Part shown: positions 54,407 to 64,000 of the stretch, in pieces
Position numbering within the stretch: position 1 is the first letter of the stretch
Layout: each line of letters begins with the position of its first letter
From: an uncultured SAR86 cluster bacterium
Lineage (GTDB): Bacteria; Pseudomonadota; Gammaproteobacteria; Magnimaribacterales; AG-339-G14
Assembly: GCA_902589965.1 (NCBI GenBank)
Contig: CACIUX010000002.1
Coordinates: forward strand, 94,998 to 158,997
DNA length: 64,000 nt
Direction: 5' to 3'
Notes under the pieces: generated by a model
Databases searched by the model: none
What the model was told of the DNA's origin: nothing
The model's input: only the letters and a program-made list of their open reading frames with translations
Position numbers and translations under genes: made by a program

Positions 54407-55216
54407 TTAGTTTAGATAGCTGGTAGTTCCTCTTAGATATATTTTATTACTATCTAGGTCTATTTTCAGATTAAATGTGCCTTTTTCAAATATTATTTCA
54501 ATGTCATGCTGCATTTCTTTGAAAAGTGTTGCAGCAAGGGCTGTTGCACAAGCGCCGCTTCCACAAGCCTCAGTTTCCCCAACCCCTCTCTCATGAACTC
54601 TAAGTTTTATGGAATTATTTGACGATATTTCCGCAAGATTGAGGTTGAAACCATTTATAAAACAGTTTTCTTCTCTCAAGGACTGAGCCAAAGCATCTAA
54701 TTTTATTGAAGAAATCTCTTCAGCAAAGATAATTGCATGCGGGTTTCCAACGGATACAGAATAAAAGTTAATTTGTTCTTGATCATGCATGAAGGAGTAT
54801 GAATCACTTTTGATTTTCTTAAGACCAATATCCTCTGGATCTAAACTGAACCGCTCTAAAATTACTTCATAGATTTCTTCATCTATCTTTTTGACTTTTG
54901 TAATTTGATTAACTAATTGCACACAAATCTCTTCATTAAATGCAAGATTGTGATCGTGCATGTATCTACCTATGCATCTAAGTCCATTAACACAATTCTC
55001 TGATAGTGATCCATCCGCGTTATATATTTCAAGATAAACATCACAGTTAATATCTCTAGGGGGCAAGAGACAAAGAATTTGATCAAAAGGCATGTTCTGT
55101 TTCAGGATCTCTAACTCATTTTTTATCATTTTTGATAAATCGCACTGGTTAGAAATGGCATCTATCACAATGAAGTCATTACCTAGAGCAGACATGTGAG
55201 TTAAGTTTTCAGACAT
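54407..55216 (-). CDS. dapF: diaminopimelate epimerase
   Basis: 'GNDFIVID', 'SVGNPHAI' and 'ACGSGACA' (catalytic Cys). Confidence 0.85.
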   Translation of the reverse strand: MSENLTHMSALGNDFIVIDAISNQCDLSKMIKNELEILKQNMPFDQILCLLPPRDINCDVYLEIYNADGSLSENCVNGLRCIGRYMHDHNLAFNEEICVQLVNQITKVKKIDEEIYEVILERFSLDPEDIGLKKIKSDSYSFMHDQEQINFYSVSVGNPHAIIFAEEISSIKLDALAQSLREENCFINGFNLNLAEISSNNSIKLRVHERGVGETEACGSGACATALAATLFKEMQHDIEIIFEKGTFNLKIDLDSNKIYLRGTTSYLN

Positions 55217-56442
55217 TAATATTGCTCAAGTTTAATTAAATCCTCATAGGATTCAGCTTTTCGTATTTCAGTTATCTTGCTGCCATCTACTAAATATTCT
55301 GCTGCTCGAAGACGAGAATTATAGTTTGAAGCCATTGAATAACCGTAGGCCCCTACAGAATAAATAATCAGGTGATCATGTTCTTGAGAAGAAATTGAAA
55401 ATTCACCAAAGCTATCTGCTGTTTCGCAGACCGGACCGACAACATAATGCTTTTCTGGAGATTTACTGGAAGCTGAAATAGGCTCTATTTTATGATTTGC
55501 TTGATACAAGGCTGGTCTAATTAAATCATTCATGCCTGCATCAATAATTAAAAATCTATTTTTACCGTTAATTTTTATGCCTAAAACTTCTGTGACCAAT
55601 GAACCAGCTTGTCCGATCAGAGATCTTCCAGGCTCAAAAAAAATAGGGATATCTCCAGCCATATCAATGACTTTTTTTGTCATTAATTCAGGAGAAAAAC
55701 TTTCTTTGAAATCATAGTCAATCGCAAGACCCCCACCAACATCAATATGATTTATTGGATGTCTTTTAGATATAAAAAATTCAGAAAGAGCTTTTAAATC
55801 ATTAAATAAAGTTCCAAAGAGTTCATCGTCTGTTATTTGTGATCCTATGTGAGCAGAGATGCCGGATATTGAAACACCATCATGACTTACATCTGCAATC
55901 CTCTTAGCATCATCTATAGACAATCCAAACTTGCAGTCGGCTTTGCCAGTTTCAATATAGGGATGAGATTTAGCATCAATATCTGGATTGACTCTGATAC
56001 CTGCGTTGATAACTTTATTTTTTTCTTTACCAATTTGATTTAACAACTCTAATTCAAAAAGAGATTCAATATTTATACTTTTTATATTGTTATCAACGGC
56101 ATACTCTAATTCAGGTTTTGTTTTACCAACCCCAGAATAAATAATTTTTTGTGGATCAGCTCCAATCTTCAAAACTTTAAATAGTTCTCCACCGGAAACA
56201 ACATCGAATCCCATTCCCTTTTCTGCCATTATTTTCAATATAGCCAGGTTTGAATTTGCTTTTACTGAATAACAGACTAGATCTCTTTCTCGAATATTTG
56301 TTAGATAGGAATCGATAGCAGCAAGAATCATTTCTTTTGAGTAAATATAAAAAGGAGTTGGATATTTTTTAGCAATATCCATTAAGGAAACATCCTCCAA
56401 AAAAAGGGTATTATCTAAACTTTTGATGCTATCTGGTCTCAT
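55216..56442 (-). CDS. lysA: diaminopimelate decarboxylase
   Basis: 'TPFYIY', 'YSVKAN' (PLP Lys), 'HIGSQ', 'GGGL', 'EPGRS', 'CE..D'. I prefer the ATG at 56442 over the GTG at 56508. Confidence 0.9.
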   Translation of the reverse strand: MRPDSIKSLDNTLFLEDVSLMDIAKKYPTPFYIYSKEMILAAIDSYLTNIRERDLVCYSVKANSNLAILKIMAEKGMGFDVVSGGELFKVLKIGADPQKIIYSGVGKTKPELEYAVDNNIKSINIESLFELELLNQIGKEKNKVINAGIRVNPDIDAKSHPYIETGKADCKFGLSIDDAKRIADVSHDGVSISGISAHIGSQITDDELFGTLFNDLKALSEFFISKRHPINHIDVGGGLAIDYDFKESFSPELMTKKVIDMAGDIPIFFEPGRSLIGQAGSLVTEVLGIKINGKNRFLIIDAGMNDLIRPALYQANHKIEPISASSKSPEKHYVVGPVCETADSFGEFSISSQEHDHLIIYSVGAYGYSMASNYNSRLRAAEYLVDGSKITEIRKAESYEDLIKLEQY

Positions 56443-56560
56443 AAGTCTTGTCTGTCTCTTGCGCCGAAGGTTCTTCGGTGGGCAAGTATAACGGACCTTT
56501 GATTCCACAGGAACCTAAGATAAGACTAAAAATGAGTAATATTTTGCTGAATATTTTCAT
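56429..56560 (-). CDS. lptM: small lipoprotein LptM (YifL/LppL-like), 43 aa, not in the ORF track
   Basis: MKIFSKILLIFSLILGSCGIKGPLYLPTEEP... carries the lipobox plus the hallmark 'CG.KGPLYLP'. Its position upstream of lysA matches other gammaproteobacteria. Confidence 0.7.
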   Translation of the reverse strand: MKIFSKILLIFSLILGSCGIKGPLYLPTEEPSAQETDKTYETR

Positions 56561-57942
56561 TAAGAAACAGTCTTTTTGGCTTCGATGATAGCTGCTTTGA
56601 CTTTTTTGGGCGACGTCCCGCCAAGGCTGTTCTTGGCGTGTATAGCTCTTTTGGGATCAATAAATTTATATATATCTTTCTCTATCTTTGGATGTATCTT
56701 TTTTAAATCACTCAAACTAAATTCCCTGATAAATATATTTTTTCTTTCAGCTTCCTTGACTGTTTTGCCAGTTATTTCATGAGCTTCTCTGAAAGGGACG
56801 CCTTTTAAAACCAAATACTCGGCAAAATCTGTTGCTCCTACCTCAGATAGATCTAGATCTTGTAGCATTTTTTTAATGTTAAAACTCATACCTTTAATCA
56901 TTTCAGACATAATCTCTAAGGCATCCTTGATGAAATTAATTGATTTAAAAAGAGGTTCCTTGTCTTCTTGATTATCTCTATTGTATGAAAGGCTTTGGTT
57001 TTTCATTAAAGATAAAGTAGTGACAAGGTTGCCTAAAGTTTGTGAACTGCCTCCTCGAATAAGTTCTGCCATGTCAGGATTTTTCTTTTGAGGCATGATT
57101 GATGAGCCGGTGCATAACTCTTCAGGTAGTTGAATATAATCAAATTGCGAGGATGACCATAAAATTATTTCTTCTGACATTCTCGATAGATGAACGGCAA
57201 GCATTGAACAACTGTAGGAAACATCGGTAACAAAGTCTCTGTCGCTTACTGTATCTATTGAATTCTTCGTAATCTCAGTGAAACCAAGTTTCTTTGCAAG
57301 CTTTGTTCTATTTATGCCAAATCTATTACCTGCTAGTGCACCAACTCCTAAAGGCATTTGATTTAGAGATTTTTCGTTGTTTTCAAATCTAATAGAGTCT
57401 CTTTGTAGCATTTCAAAGTAAGCAAGCAAATGATGGCCAATGGTTACCGGCTGAGCTATTTGTAGATGAGTAAAGCCTGGCATGAGATCTGCATGATGTT
57501 TTTGAGCTTTATTTAAGATATTTTTTTGTAGGTCTTTAATTTTTTTCTTAATAGCTTTGGTTTCATCTTTGAGAAAAAGCTTTAGATCTGTAACGACCTG
57601 GTCATTTCTTGATCTACCGGTATGTAATTTTTTTGCAGAATCTCCAATTTTCTTTTCTAGGGCTGACTCGATATTCATATGAACATCTTCAAGCGAAGGA
57701 TTCCATTTAAATTTTCCAGTTTCTATTTCCTTTTTTATTTGATTTAGACCGCGTTTAATCTTGATGAGCTCTGATTTATTAATAACTCCTGCTTCCTGTA
57801 AAGATTCTGCATATGCTACAGATCCAATGATATCTTTTTCTGCAAGAACAGAATCAACACCAATAGAGTTGGAAAATTTACTAGCTATTGCTGATACCGA
57901 TTGAGTAAATCTTCCTCCCCAACTGGTATTCTTTTTAGTCAT
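56560..57942 (-). CDS. argH: argininosuccinate lyase
   Basis: 'WGGRF', 'HTGRSRNDQV', 'GSSIMPQKKNPD'. Confidence 0.9.
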   Translation of the reverse strand: MTKKNTSWGGRFTQSVSAIASKFSNSIGVDSVLAEKDIIGSVAYAESLQEAGVINKSELIKIKRGLNQIKKEIETGKFKWNPSLEDVHMNIESALEKKIGDSAKKLHTGRSRNDQVVTDLKLFLKDETKAIKKKIKDLQKNILNKAQKHHADLMPGFTHLQIAQPVTIGHHLLAYFEMLQRDSIRFENNEKSLNQMPLGVGALAGNRFGINRTKLAKKLGFTEITKNSIDTVSDRDFVTDVSYSCSMLAVHLSRMSEEIILWSSSQFDYIQLPEELCTGSSIMPQKKNPDMAELIRGGSSQTLGNLVTTLSLMKNQSLSYNRDNQEDKEPLFKSINFIKDALEIMSEMIKGMSFNIKKMLQDLDLSEVGATDFAEYLVLKGVPFREAHEITGKTVKEAERKNIFIREFSLSDLKKIHPKIEKDIYKFIDPKRAIHAKNSLGGTSPKKVKAAIIEAKKTVS

Positions 57943-59318
57943 TAGTATTTGTAGTATTCAGGTTTGTAAGGTCCTGCTTCATCGACGTTGATATATTCAG
58001 CTTGATCTTTAGTTAGCTTTGTCATCACGCCACCAAAACCTTCAACCATGTAACTCGCTACTTCTTCATCTAATTCTTTTGGAAGAACTTGCACAGTGAT
58101 CATATCTTCTTTTACGCTTTCGTCGTTTATGGATGCAAATGCTTGCTCATACAAAAACTTTTGAGCCAGCACCTGATTAGCAAAAGAACCATCCATAATT
58201 CTTGAGGGATGACCGGTTGCATTTCCAAGATTAACCAATCTCCCCTCTGATAGAAGGATCAAATAATTAGAAGAATCTTTAGAGTCTCGATAAATTTTAT
58301 GAACCTGAGGTTTTATCTCCTCCCAAGTCCATTTATCTCTCATGTAGGCAGTATCAATCTCGTTATCAAAGTGTCCGATGTTGCAAACTATGCTTCCGCT
58401 TTTGAGATTGTTAAGAATGTGTTTGTCACAAACGTTTACATTACCTGTAGTTGTCACAATCAAGTCCGTATCTTGCAGTAAAGATTTATTGATTGATTCG
58501 TCGTCATTGTTATTTTGACCATTTACATATGGCGATACTACTTCGTAACCATCCATACATGCTTGCATCGCGCAAATTGGATCAATTTCAGTTACTCGAG
58601 TAACCATACCTTCTTGCCTCAAGCTCATCGCAGATCCTTTACCTACATCACCATAACCTATCACCAAAGCTTTTCTTCCTGAAAGGAGCATGTCAGTTCC
58701 TCTTTTAATTGCATCATTAAGACTGTGTCTACAGCCATATTTATTATCATTTTTTGATTTAGTAACTGAATCATTTACGTTGATGGCTGGAACTTTGAGT
58801 TCTCCTTTCTCGACCATTTCGTTTAATCGATGAACGCCTGTGGTGGTTTCTTCAGAGATTCCGTGGATACTTTCAAGCATTTCTGGAAATTTATCATGAA
58901 CCATTGCAGTCAGATCTCCGCCGTCATCAAGAATCATATTTGCATCCCATGGCTTCTCATCTTCCAAAATCGTTTGTTCTATGCACCAGTCAAATTCTTC
59001 GTCGTTCATTCCTTTCCAGGCAAATACGGGTATGCCAGCCGCTGCAATAGCAGCTGCAGCATGATCCTGAGTAGAAAAAACATTACAAGATGACCATCTG
59101 ACTTCAGCTCCAAGCTCAACAAGAGTCTCAATTAAAACAGCTGTTTGAATTGTCATATGGATGCAACCCATTATTTTTGCTCCCTTAAGAGGTTTTTCTT
59201 CGCCATATCTTTCTCTTAATTTCATAAGGGCTGGCATCTCAGCTTGAGCGAGAATTATTTCTTTTCTTCCCCAATCAGCTAAATTTATGTCGGCCACTTT
59301 ATAATCTTTGAATTCCAT
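57942..59318 (-). CDS. ahcY: adenosylhomocysteinase
   Basis: '[16 protein letters not shown]', '[12 protein letters not shown]', 'GYGDVGKG'. Confidence 0.95.
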   Translation of the reverse strand: MEFKDYKVADINLADWGRKEIILAQAEMPALMKLRERYGEEKPLKGAKIMGCIHMTIQTAVLIETLVELGAEVRWSSCNVFSTQDHAAAAIAAAGIPVFAWKGMNDEEFDWCIEQTILEDEKPWDANMILDDGGDLTAMVHDKFPEMLESIHGISEETTTGVHRLNEMVEKGELKVPAINVNDSVTKSKNDNKYGCRHSLNDAIKRGTDMLLSGRKALVIGYGDVGKGSAMSLRQEGMVTRVTEIDPICAMQACMDGYEVVSPYVNGQNNNDDESINKSLLQDTDLIVTTTGNVNVCDKHILNNLKSGSIVCNIGHFDNEIDTAYMRDKWTWEEIKPQVHKIYRDSKDSSNYLILLSEGRLVNLGNATGHPSRIMDGSFANQVLAQKFLYEQAFASINDESVKEDMITVQVLPKELDEEVASYMVEGFGGVMTKLTKDQAEYINVDEAGPYKPEYYKY

Positions 59319-59331
59319 TTATTGCTCCGTT

Positions 59332-60483
59332 TTAGGATTTTAACTCTTCAATTTTATCAATTTTTTCCCAGGGGAATTGTTCTCTCCCAAAATGTCCGTA
59401 AGCTGCTGTTTCTTGATAAATAGGTTTTAATAAATCAAGCATAGCTATTAGCCCTTTAGGTCTTAAATCAAACTTTTCTCTAATTAAGCGTAATATTTGC
59501 TCTTCAGAAATTTTCCCTGTTCCAAATGTGTTGACACTGATCGAGGTTGGTTCAGCAATTCCAATAGCATAGGATACTTGCACTTCACATTTATCTGCCA
59601 ATCCAGCGGCTACAATATTCTTTGCAACATATCTTCCTGCATATGCAGCTGAACGATCAACTTTTGAAGGATCTTTTCCAGAGAAAGCTCCTCCACCATG
59701 CCTAGCCATACCGCCATAAGTATCAACAATGATTTTCCTACCTGTTAAGCCACAATCTCCGACAGGCCCTCCAACAACAAATCTTCCGGTAGGATTTATA
59801 AAAAATTTTGTTTCTTTATTGACTAGGTTGCTTGGTAAAACTGGCTTTAGAATCTCTTCCATCACACCTTCTCTTAAATCGTCTTGCGAGACTTCATCAT
59901 CATGTTGAGTTGATAAAACAACTGCAGTAATTGCAGAAGGATTCCCATTGCTATCATAATCAAAAGATAATTGACTTTTTGCATCGGGTCTAAGCCAATT
60001 TAAATTTCCATTTTTTCTCACTTCCGATTGTTTTTTAACTAACAAATGTGAGTAATGAATAGGTGCTGGCATCAGTTGTTCAGTTTCATTAGTTGCGTAA
60101 CCAAACATTAAACCTTGATCGCCCGCTCCCTGATCAAGATCTTCGCCTGTCCCTTCATCAACGCCTTGAGCAATATCAAGAGATTGCTTTCCAATGGCAT
60201 TTAAAAATTCTACTTTGTCTCCGTTGAAACCAACAGCATCGTTATCATAACCAACCTCATTGATGACATCTCTGACTACTTTTTCTAAATCAGGGTTTGC
60301 ACTCGAGGTTATTTCACCGGCTACGACTACAAGATCAGTTTTGACTAGAGTTTCACAAGCAACTCTGGCTATAGGATCCTCTGCAAGAAAAGCATCTAAA
60401 ATTGCATCAGATATTTGATCAGACAATTTATCAGGATGACCTTCTGATACAGATTCGGAAGTAAAAGTACTGTATTCGCTCAT
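59332..60483 (-). CDS. metK: S-adenosylmethionine synthetase
   Basis: '[13 protein letters not shown]', '[12 protein letters not shown]', '[16 protein letters not shown]'. The ATG at 60483 follows GGAG. Confidence 0.95.
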   Translation of the reverse strand: MSEYSTFTSESVSEGHPDKLSDQISDAILDAFLAEDPIARVACETLVKTDLVVVAGEITSSANPDLEKVVRDVINEVGYDNDAVGFNGDKVEFLNAIGKQSLDIAQGVDEGTGEDLDQGAGDQGLMFGYATNETEQLMPAPIHYSHLLVKKQSEVRKNGNLNWLRPDAKSQLSFDYDSNGNPSAITAVVLSTQHDDEVSQDDLREGVMEEILKPVLPSNLVNKETKFFINPTGRFVVGGPVGDCGLTGRKIIVDTYGGMARHGGGAFSGKDPSKVDRSAAYAGRYVAKNIVAAGLADKCEVQVSYAIGIAEPTSISVNTFGTGKISEEQILRLIREKFDLRPKGLIAMLDLLKPIYQETAAYGHFGREQFPWEKIDKIEELKS

Positions 60484-60555
60484 ATATAACTCCTTGAGGC
60501 CGGACATTCTACTATGAAGCTCGATTAAAATAGTAGAAAATATACGTTTTGAAAA

Positions 60556-62541
60556 TTGTCTAAACAATCTACCGATTCAGATCTTGCTAACTCCATCAGA
60601 GCCTTGTCTATGGATGCAGTACAAGCAGCCGGGTGTGGTCACCCAGGAATGCCAATGGGCATGGCAGAAATTGCTCAAGCGCTCTGGATAAACCATCTTT
60701 CTCATAATCCCAATAATCCCAATTGGTTAAATAGAGATAGGTTTGTTCTTTCAAATGGCCATGGTTCAATGTTGCTTTATTCTCTCCTGCATCTAACTGG
60801 TTATGATCTTTCAATAGATGACCTTAAAAACTTTAGGCAATTGCATTCTAAGACGCCTGGTCATCCTGAAATAGGTTATGCACCTGGCGTTGAGACAACT
60901 ACAGGACCATTAGGTCAAGGCATTGCTAATGCTGTCGGAATGGCCCTGGCAGAGAAAATATTGGCTACAAAATACAATAAAGATAATTTCAAAATATTTA
61001 ATCACAAAACTTATGCCTTTGTTGGAGATGGAGATTTAATGGAAGGTATTTCTCATGAAGCCTGTTCCTTAGCTGGAACACTAGAATTAGGTAATTTAAT
61101 AGTATTCTATGATGATAATGAAATCAGCATTGATGGAAGGGTTGATAATTGGTTCACAGACGATACAAAGAAAAGATTTGAGTCTTATGGCTGGGAAGTA
61201 TTTAATAAAGTCGATGGTCATGATGTCAGCAAAATAAATTCTTGCATAGAAAAGGCAAAAAAATCTACAAAGCCTACTTTGATTTGTTGCAAAACCGTCA
61301 TAGGCAAGGGCTCTCCAAATAAATCTGGCACTTCTGAGGTGCATGGGGCAGCTTTGGGCGATGAAGAAATAGAATTAACTAGAGAAGAGATTGGATGGAA
61401 GTATCCTCCATTTGAAGTTCCCGATCATGTTTATGAAGCTTGGAATAATGAAAAAGATGGTCAAGCCATAGAAGATGATTGGAATGAAATGTTTGACGAT
61501 TACTCAAAAAATTATTCAAAAGAGCACTCGGAAATTAAAAGAATATTTGAAAACTCTTTGCCTGAGGAGTTAGATAAAATTTTTGAAGACTTAATAGAAA
61601 ATTTTTCAAACGATGAGACTCATCATGCTTCAAGAAAGGCATCTGGTATGTGTCTTGATTCATTAGGTCCTAGAATTCCAGAATTGTTTGGAGGTTCTGC
61701 CGATTTATCTCCATCTAACAATACTCAATGGAACGGTTCTGAATTATTAAAAAACGGAAAAGGGAATTATTTAAGTTACGGTGTAAGAGAATTTGGCATG
61801 TCTGCCATAATGAATGGGCTTTATTTGCATGGTGGTTTTAGACCTTATGGAGGGACTTTTTTAACCTTTTTAGATTATGCAAGAAATGCAGTTCGAATGA
61901 GTGCATTGATGAAGCTGCCAATAATATACGTCTATACACACGATTCTATCGGTGTAGGAGAGGACGGGCCTACCCATCAGCCCGTTGAGCATCTAACGAT
62001 ATTAAGATCTACACCGAACTTAAATACTTGGCGACCTTGCGATGGAGTTGAGACTGCTTACTCTTGGAGGGCGTCATTAACTTCACAAGATAAACCGACT
62101 GCCTTAATCTTGTCTAGACAGAACTTAGAACCTCAGGAAAGAGACGATCATTCACAAATTGCTAATGGAGGTTACTTACTTAGCAAGGAAAAACAGAGCG
62201 ATCTAACCATTATAGCTACTGGATCAGAGGTTCAGTTAGCTATGCATGCGAAAGCATATTTAGAGGAAAATGGCTATAAAGCAAACGTTGTATCTATGCC
62301 TTGCACAGAAATTTTTGATCAACAAGACGATGAATATAAAAATAAAATTCTCGGAGATAGACCCCGAGTAGCAATTGAATGCGGTTACCCAGACTTCTGG
62401 CATAAGTATCTCAATCAAGGAGACTTAGTCATTGGAATGGAATCTTTTGGTGAATCAGCTCCAGGATCAGTTTTAATGGATCACTTCGGATTTACCGTAG
62501 ATAAGGTTTCAAAAAAAATAATCAGTTTTCTTAAAAAATGA
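60556..62541 (+). CDS. tkt: transketolase (TTG start)
   Basis: 'SGHPG..MG', 'LSNGH', 'GDGDLMEG', 'EDGPTHQP'. The conserved '[13 protein letters not shown]' lies upstream of the first ATG, so the TTG at 60556 is needed. Confidence 0.95.
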   Translation: MSKQSTDSDLANSIRALSMDAVQAAGCGHPGMPMGMAEIAQALWINHLSHNPNNPNWLNRDRFVLSNGHGSMLLYSLLHLTGYDLSIDDLKNFRQLHSKTPGHPEIGYAPGVETTTGPLGQGIANAVGMALAEKILATKYNKDNFKIFNHKTYAFVGDGDLMEGISHEACSLAGTLELGNLIVFYDDNEISIDGRVDNWFTDDTKKRFESYGWEVFNKVDGHDVSKINSCIEKAKKSTKPTLICCKTVIGKGSPNKSGTSEVHGAALGDEEIELTREEIGWKYPPFEVPDHVYEAWNNEKDGQAIEDDWNEMFDDYSKNYSKEHSEIKRIFENSLPEELDKIFEDLIENFSNDETHHASRKASGMCLDSLGPRIPELFGGSADLSPSNNTQWNGSELLKNGKGNYLSYGVREFGMSAIMNGLYLHGGFRPYGGTFLTFLDYARNAVRMSALMKLPIIYVYTHDSIGVGEDGPTHQPVEHLTILRSTPNLNTWRPCDGVETAYSWRASLTSQDKPTALILSRQNLEPQERDDHSQIANGGYLLSKEKQSDLTIIATGSEVQLAMHAKAYLEENGYKANVVSMPCTEIFDQQDDEYKNKILGDRPRVAIECGYPDFWHKYLNQGDLVIGMESFGESAPGSVLMDHFGFTVDKVSKKIISFLKK

Positions 62542-63695
62542 TCAATGGAATCCCAACGCTTGATGATCTTGATCTTCAAGGTAAAAGAGTATTGGTCAGA
62601 TTTGATTACAACGTAAAGATTTTAAATGGAAAAGTAAGTGATGACGAAAGAATTTTAAGAACACTTCCAACTTTAACCCATATTCTATCTAAAGCTAGTT
62701 CGGTAACAATTATCAGTCATCTTGGCAGACCAGAAAAAGTAGGAGAGATTAATAAAAACTTTTCTTTGAAAAAAGTTGCAGAACGCTTGAGCACTTTGCT
62801 ATCCGAAGAAATTTATTTTCATGATGATTTAAACCTTGATCATTTCTCAAACAATAAAAAAAAGATTTCTATGTTGGAAAATGTAAGATTTTTTGAAGGT
62901 GAAACTGACAACAATGAGTTATTTTCAAAAAAGCTTGCACAATTAGCTGATGTTTTTGTCATGGATGCTTTTGGATCTGCTCATAGGAGCCATTGTTCAA
63001 CAGTAGGAGTTAGTCATTTTATAGATTCATGTGTAGGAAGGTTAGTTGAGGAAGAGTTAAATTCTTTAGAAGTAATTTTAAATAATCCTGAAAATCCAAT
63101 GCTAGGAATCATAGGCGGCTCAAAAATCTCGACAAAATTCAATATTCTGGAATCTCTTCTTGAAAAAGTTGATTGGCTTTTCGTTGGAGGAGGAATAGCA
63201 AATACATTGCATAAATCTAAAGGATATGAAATCGGTCAATCGATTGTAGAAAATGATTTTTTGGAAGAAGCAAAAGACCTTAGTAAAAATAATAAAATTA
63301 TATTGCCCGATACCTTTCTAGTGGAACAAAAAGATAAGTCTATTGTTGAGAAAAATTTAGAAGAAATATTACCAAACGACATTATTTATGACATCAGCAT
63401 TAACTCAGTTAAAAACTTAAATAAAATCATCTCAAGTTGCAAGACAATATTATGGAATGGTCCTTTAGGTTTTTTTGAGAGAGAAGAATTTTCAAAAGGG
63501 ACGTTGCATCTTGCAAAAGTTATTTCTGAATCAGATGCATATTCTGTCATTGGCGGAGGAGAGACCTTAGCTGCCTTTAATCAGTCAAACTTATTAGATA
63601 AAGTAGGGTATGCCTCAACTGCTGGAGGCGCCTTTTTGGAATATATCGAGAAAGGATCATTACCCTCTCTAGATGCATTGAAGGAGAAAATATGA
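62538..63695 (+). CDS. pgk: phosphoglycerate kinase
   Basis: '[10 protein letters not shown]', 'SHLGRP', 'ENVRF', 'GGGIANT', 'STAGGAFLE'. Confidence 0.9.
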   Translation: MINGIPTLDDLDLQGKRVLVRFDYNVKILNGKVSDDERILRTLPTLTHILSKASSVTIISHLGRPEKVGEINKNFSLKKVAERLSTLLSEEIYFHDDLNLDHFSNNKKKISMLENVRFFEGETDNNELFSKKLAQLADVFVMDAFGSAHRSHCSTVGVSHFIDSCVGRLVEEELNSLEVILNNPENPMLGIIGGSKISTKFNILESLLEKVDWLFVGGGIANTLHKSKGYEIGQSIVENDFLEEAKDLSKNNKIILPDTFLVEQKDKSIVEKNLEEILPNDIIYDISINSVKNLNKIISSCKTILWNGPLGFFEREEFSKGTLHLAKVISESDAYSVIGGGETLAAFNQSNLLDKVGYASTAGGAFLEYIEKGSLPSLDALKEKI

Positions 63696-64000
63696 ATTTT
63701 GAAAGTTTAGAAGATATTGTTAGTCATATAGTTTCAGATGGCAAAGGAATTTTAGCTGCTGATGAAAGCACTCCCACAATTACAAAAAGATTTGACACGA
63801 TCAATGCAGATTCAACTGAGAAAAGTAGAAGAGATTATCGAGAATTATTATTTAGAGCAGAAGGCATGGAAAATAATATTGGAGGCGTGATACTTTTTGA
63901 TGAAACCATAAGACAAGAAGCGAAAGACGGAACCATGCTTACCAAGGTTATATTAGCTCAAGGATCTCTTCCAGGAATAAAAGTAGATAAAGGAATTAAG
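63692..64000 (+). CDS. fba: class I fructose-bisphosphate aldolase (3' end beyond window)
   Basis: The ATG at 63692 follows AAGGAG and overlaps the pgk stop (ATGA). 'GKGILAADES..T..KRF' is the class I FBA N-terminal signature. The frame is open to nt 64000. Confidence 0.85.
   Translation, partial: MNFESLEDIVSHIVSDGKGILAADESTPTITKRFDTINADSTEKSRRDYRELLFRAEGMENNIGGVILFDETIRQEAKDGTMLTKVILAQGSLPGIKVDKGIK

Noticed and set aside
56443-56508. N-terminal extension of lysA (GTG at 56508) and similar track extensions. These are metK to 60567, esterase to 23564, dsbB to 40882, SnoaL to 28261, ADH to 13265, and paralogues B and C to 17889 and 18649.
   Set aside because: The extensions overlap upstream genes or lack homology-like sequence. 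Internal ATGs give proper signal peptides, SD sites or conserved N-termini.

Overview
This is a 64 kb chromosomal segment, AT-rich by eye and very tightly packed, with many 1-8 nt start/stop overlaps. It is most likely from a streamlined marine gammaproteobacterium. That placement is an inference from Pseudomonas/Oceanospirillales-like synteny: polA-engB-cytochrome c4-dsbA, lptM-lysA-dapF-DUF484-xerC-HAD, and metK-ahcY-argH next to tkt-pgk-fba. I can support about 75 protein genes, one tRNA-Arg(CCG) and a few terminators and operators. I saw no rRNA, CRISPR array, transposase or phage integrase.

The housekeeping blocks are at 40.3-45.6 kb and 49.7-64 kb. The accessory content is:
(1) a visibly lower-GC island at 35.1-39.4 kb. 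It encodes an 860-aa fusion of a PD-(D/E)xK nuclease to a DGQHR (DndB/ParB-like) domain. Its start codon lies 9 bp from that of a divergent Dam-family m6A methyltransferase, and a T4-Pnk-like HAD phosphatase is adjacent. This is my best candidate for an undescribed restriction/defence-type system.
(2) a metal-acquisition cluster at 29.1-33.7 kb: a TonB-dependent receptor carrying five HDEHEGE-type His/Glu-rich inserts, a COG0523 GTPase, DUF1826, and a small His-rich secreted protein.
(3) a CsoR-regulated MerT/MerP-like cluster at 25.7-27.4 kb with a perfect ATACCCA-N3-TGGGTAT operator.
(4) five secreted proteins of unknown function at 16.3-20.2 kb, including a tandem paralogue pair.
(5) a citE/maoC/caiB trio matching the itaconate-degradation enzyme set.
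(6) several unannotated small ORFs and a possible sRNA in the polA-engB spacer.

All functional calls rest on motif recognition by eye. No database search was run.
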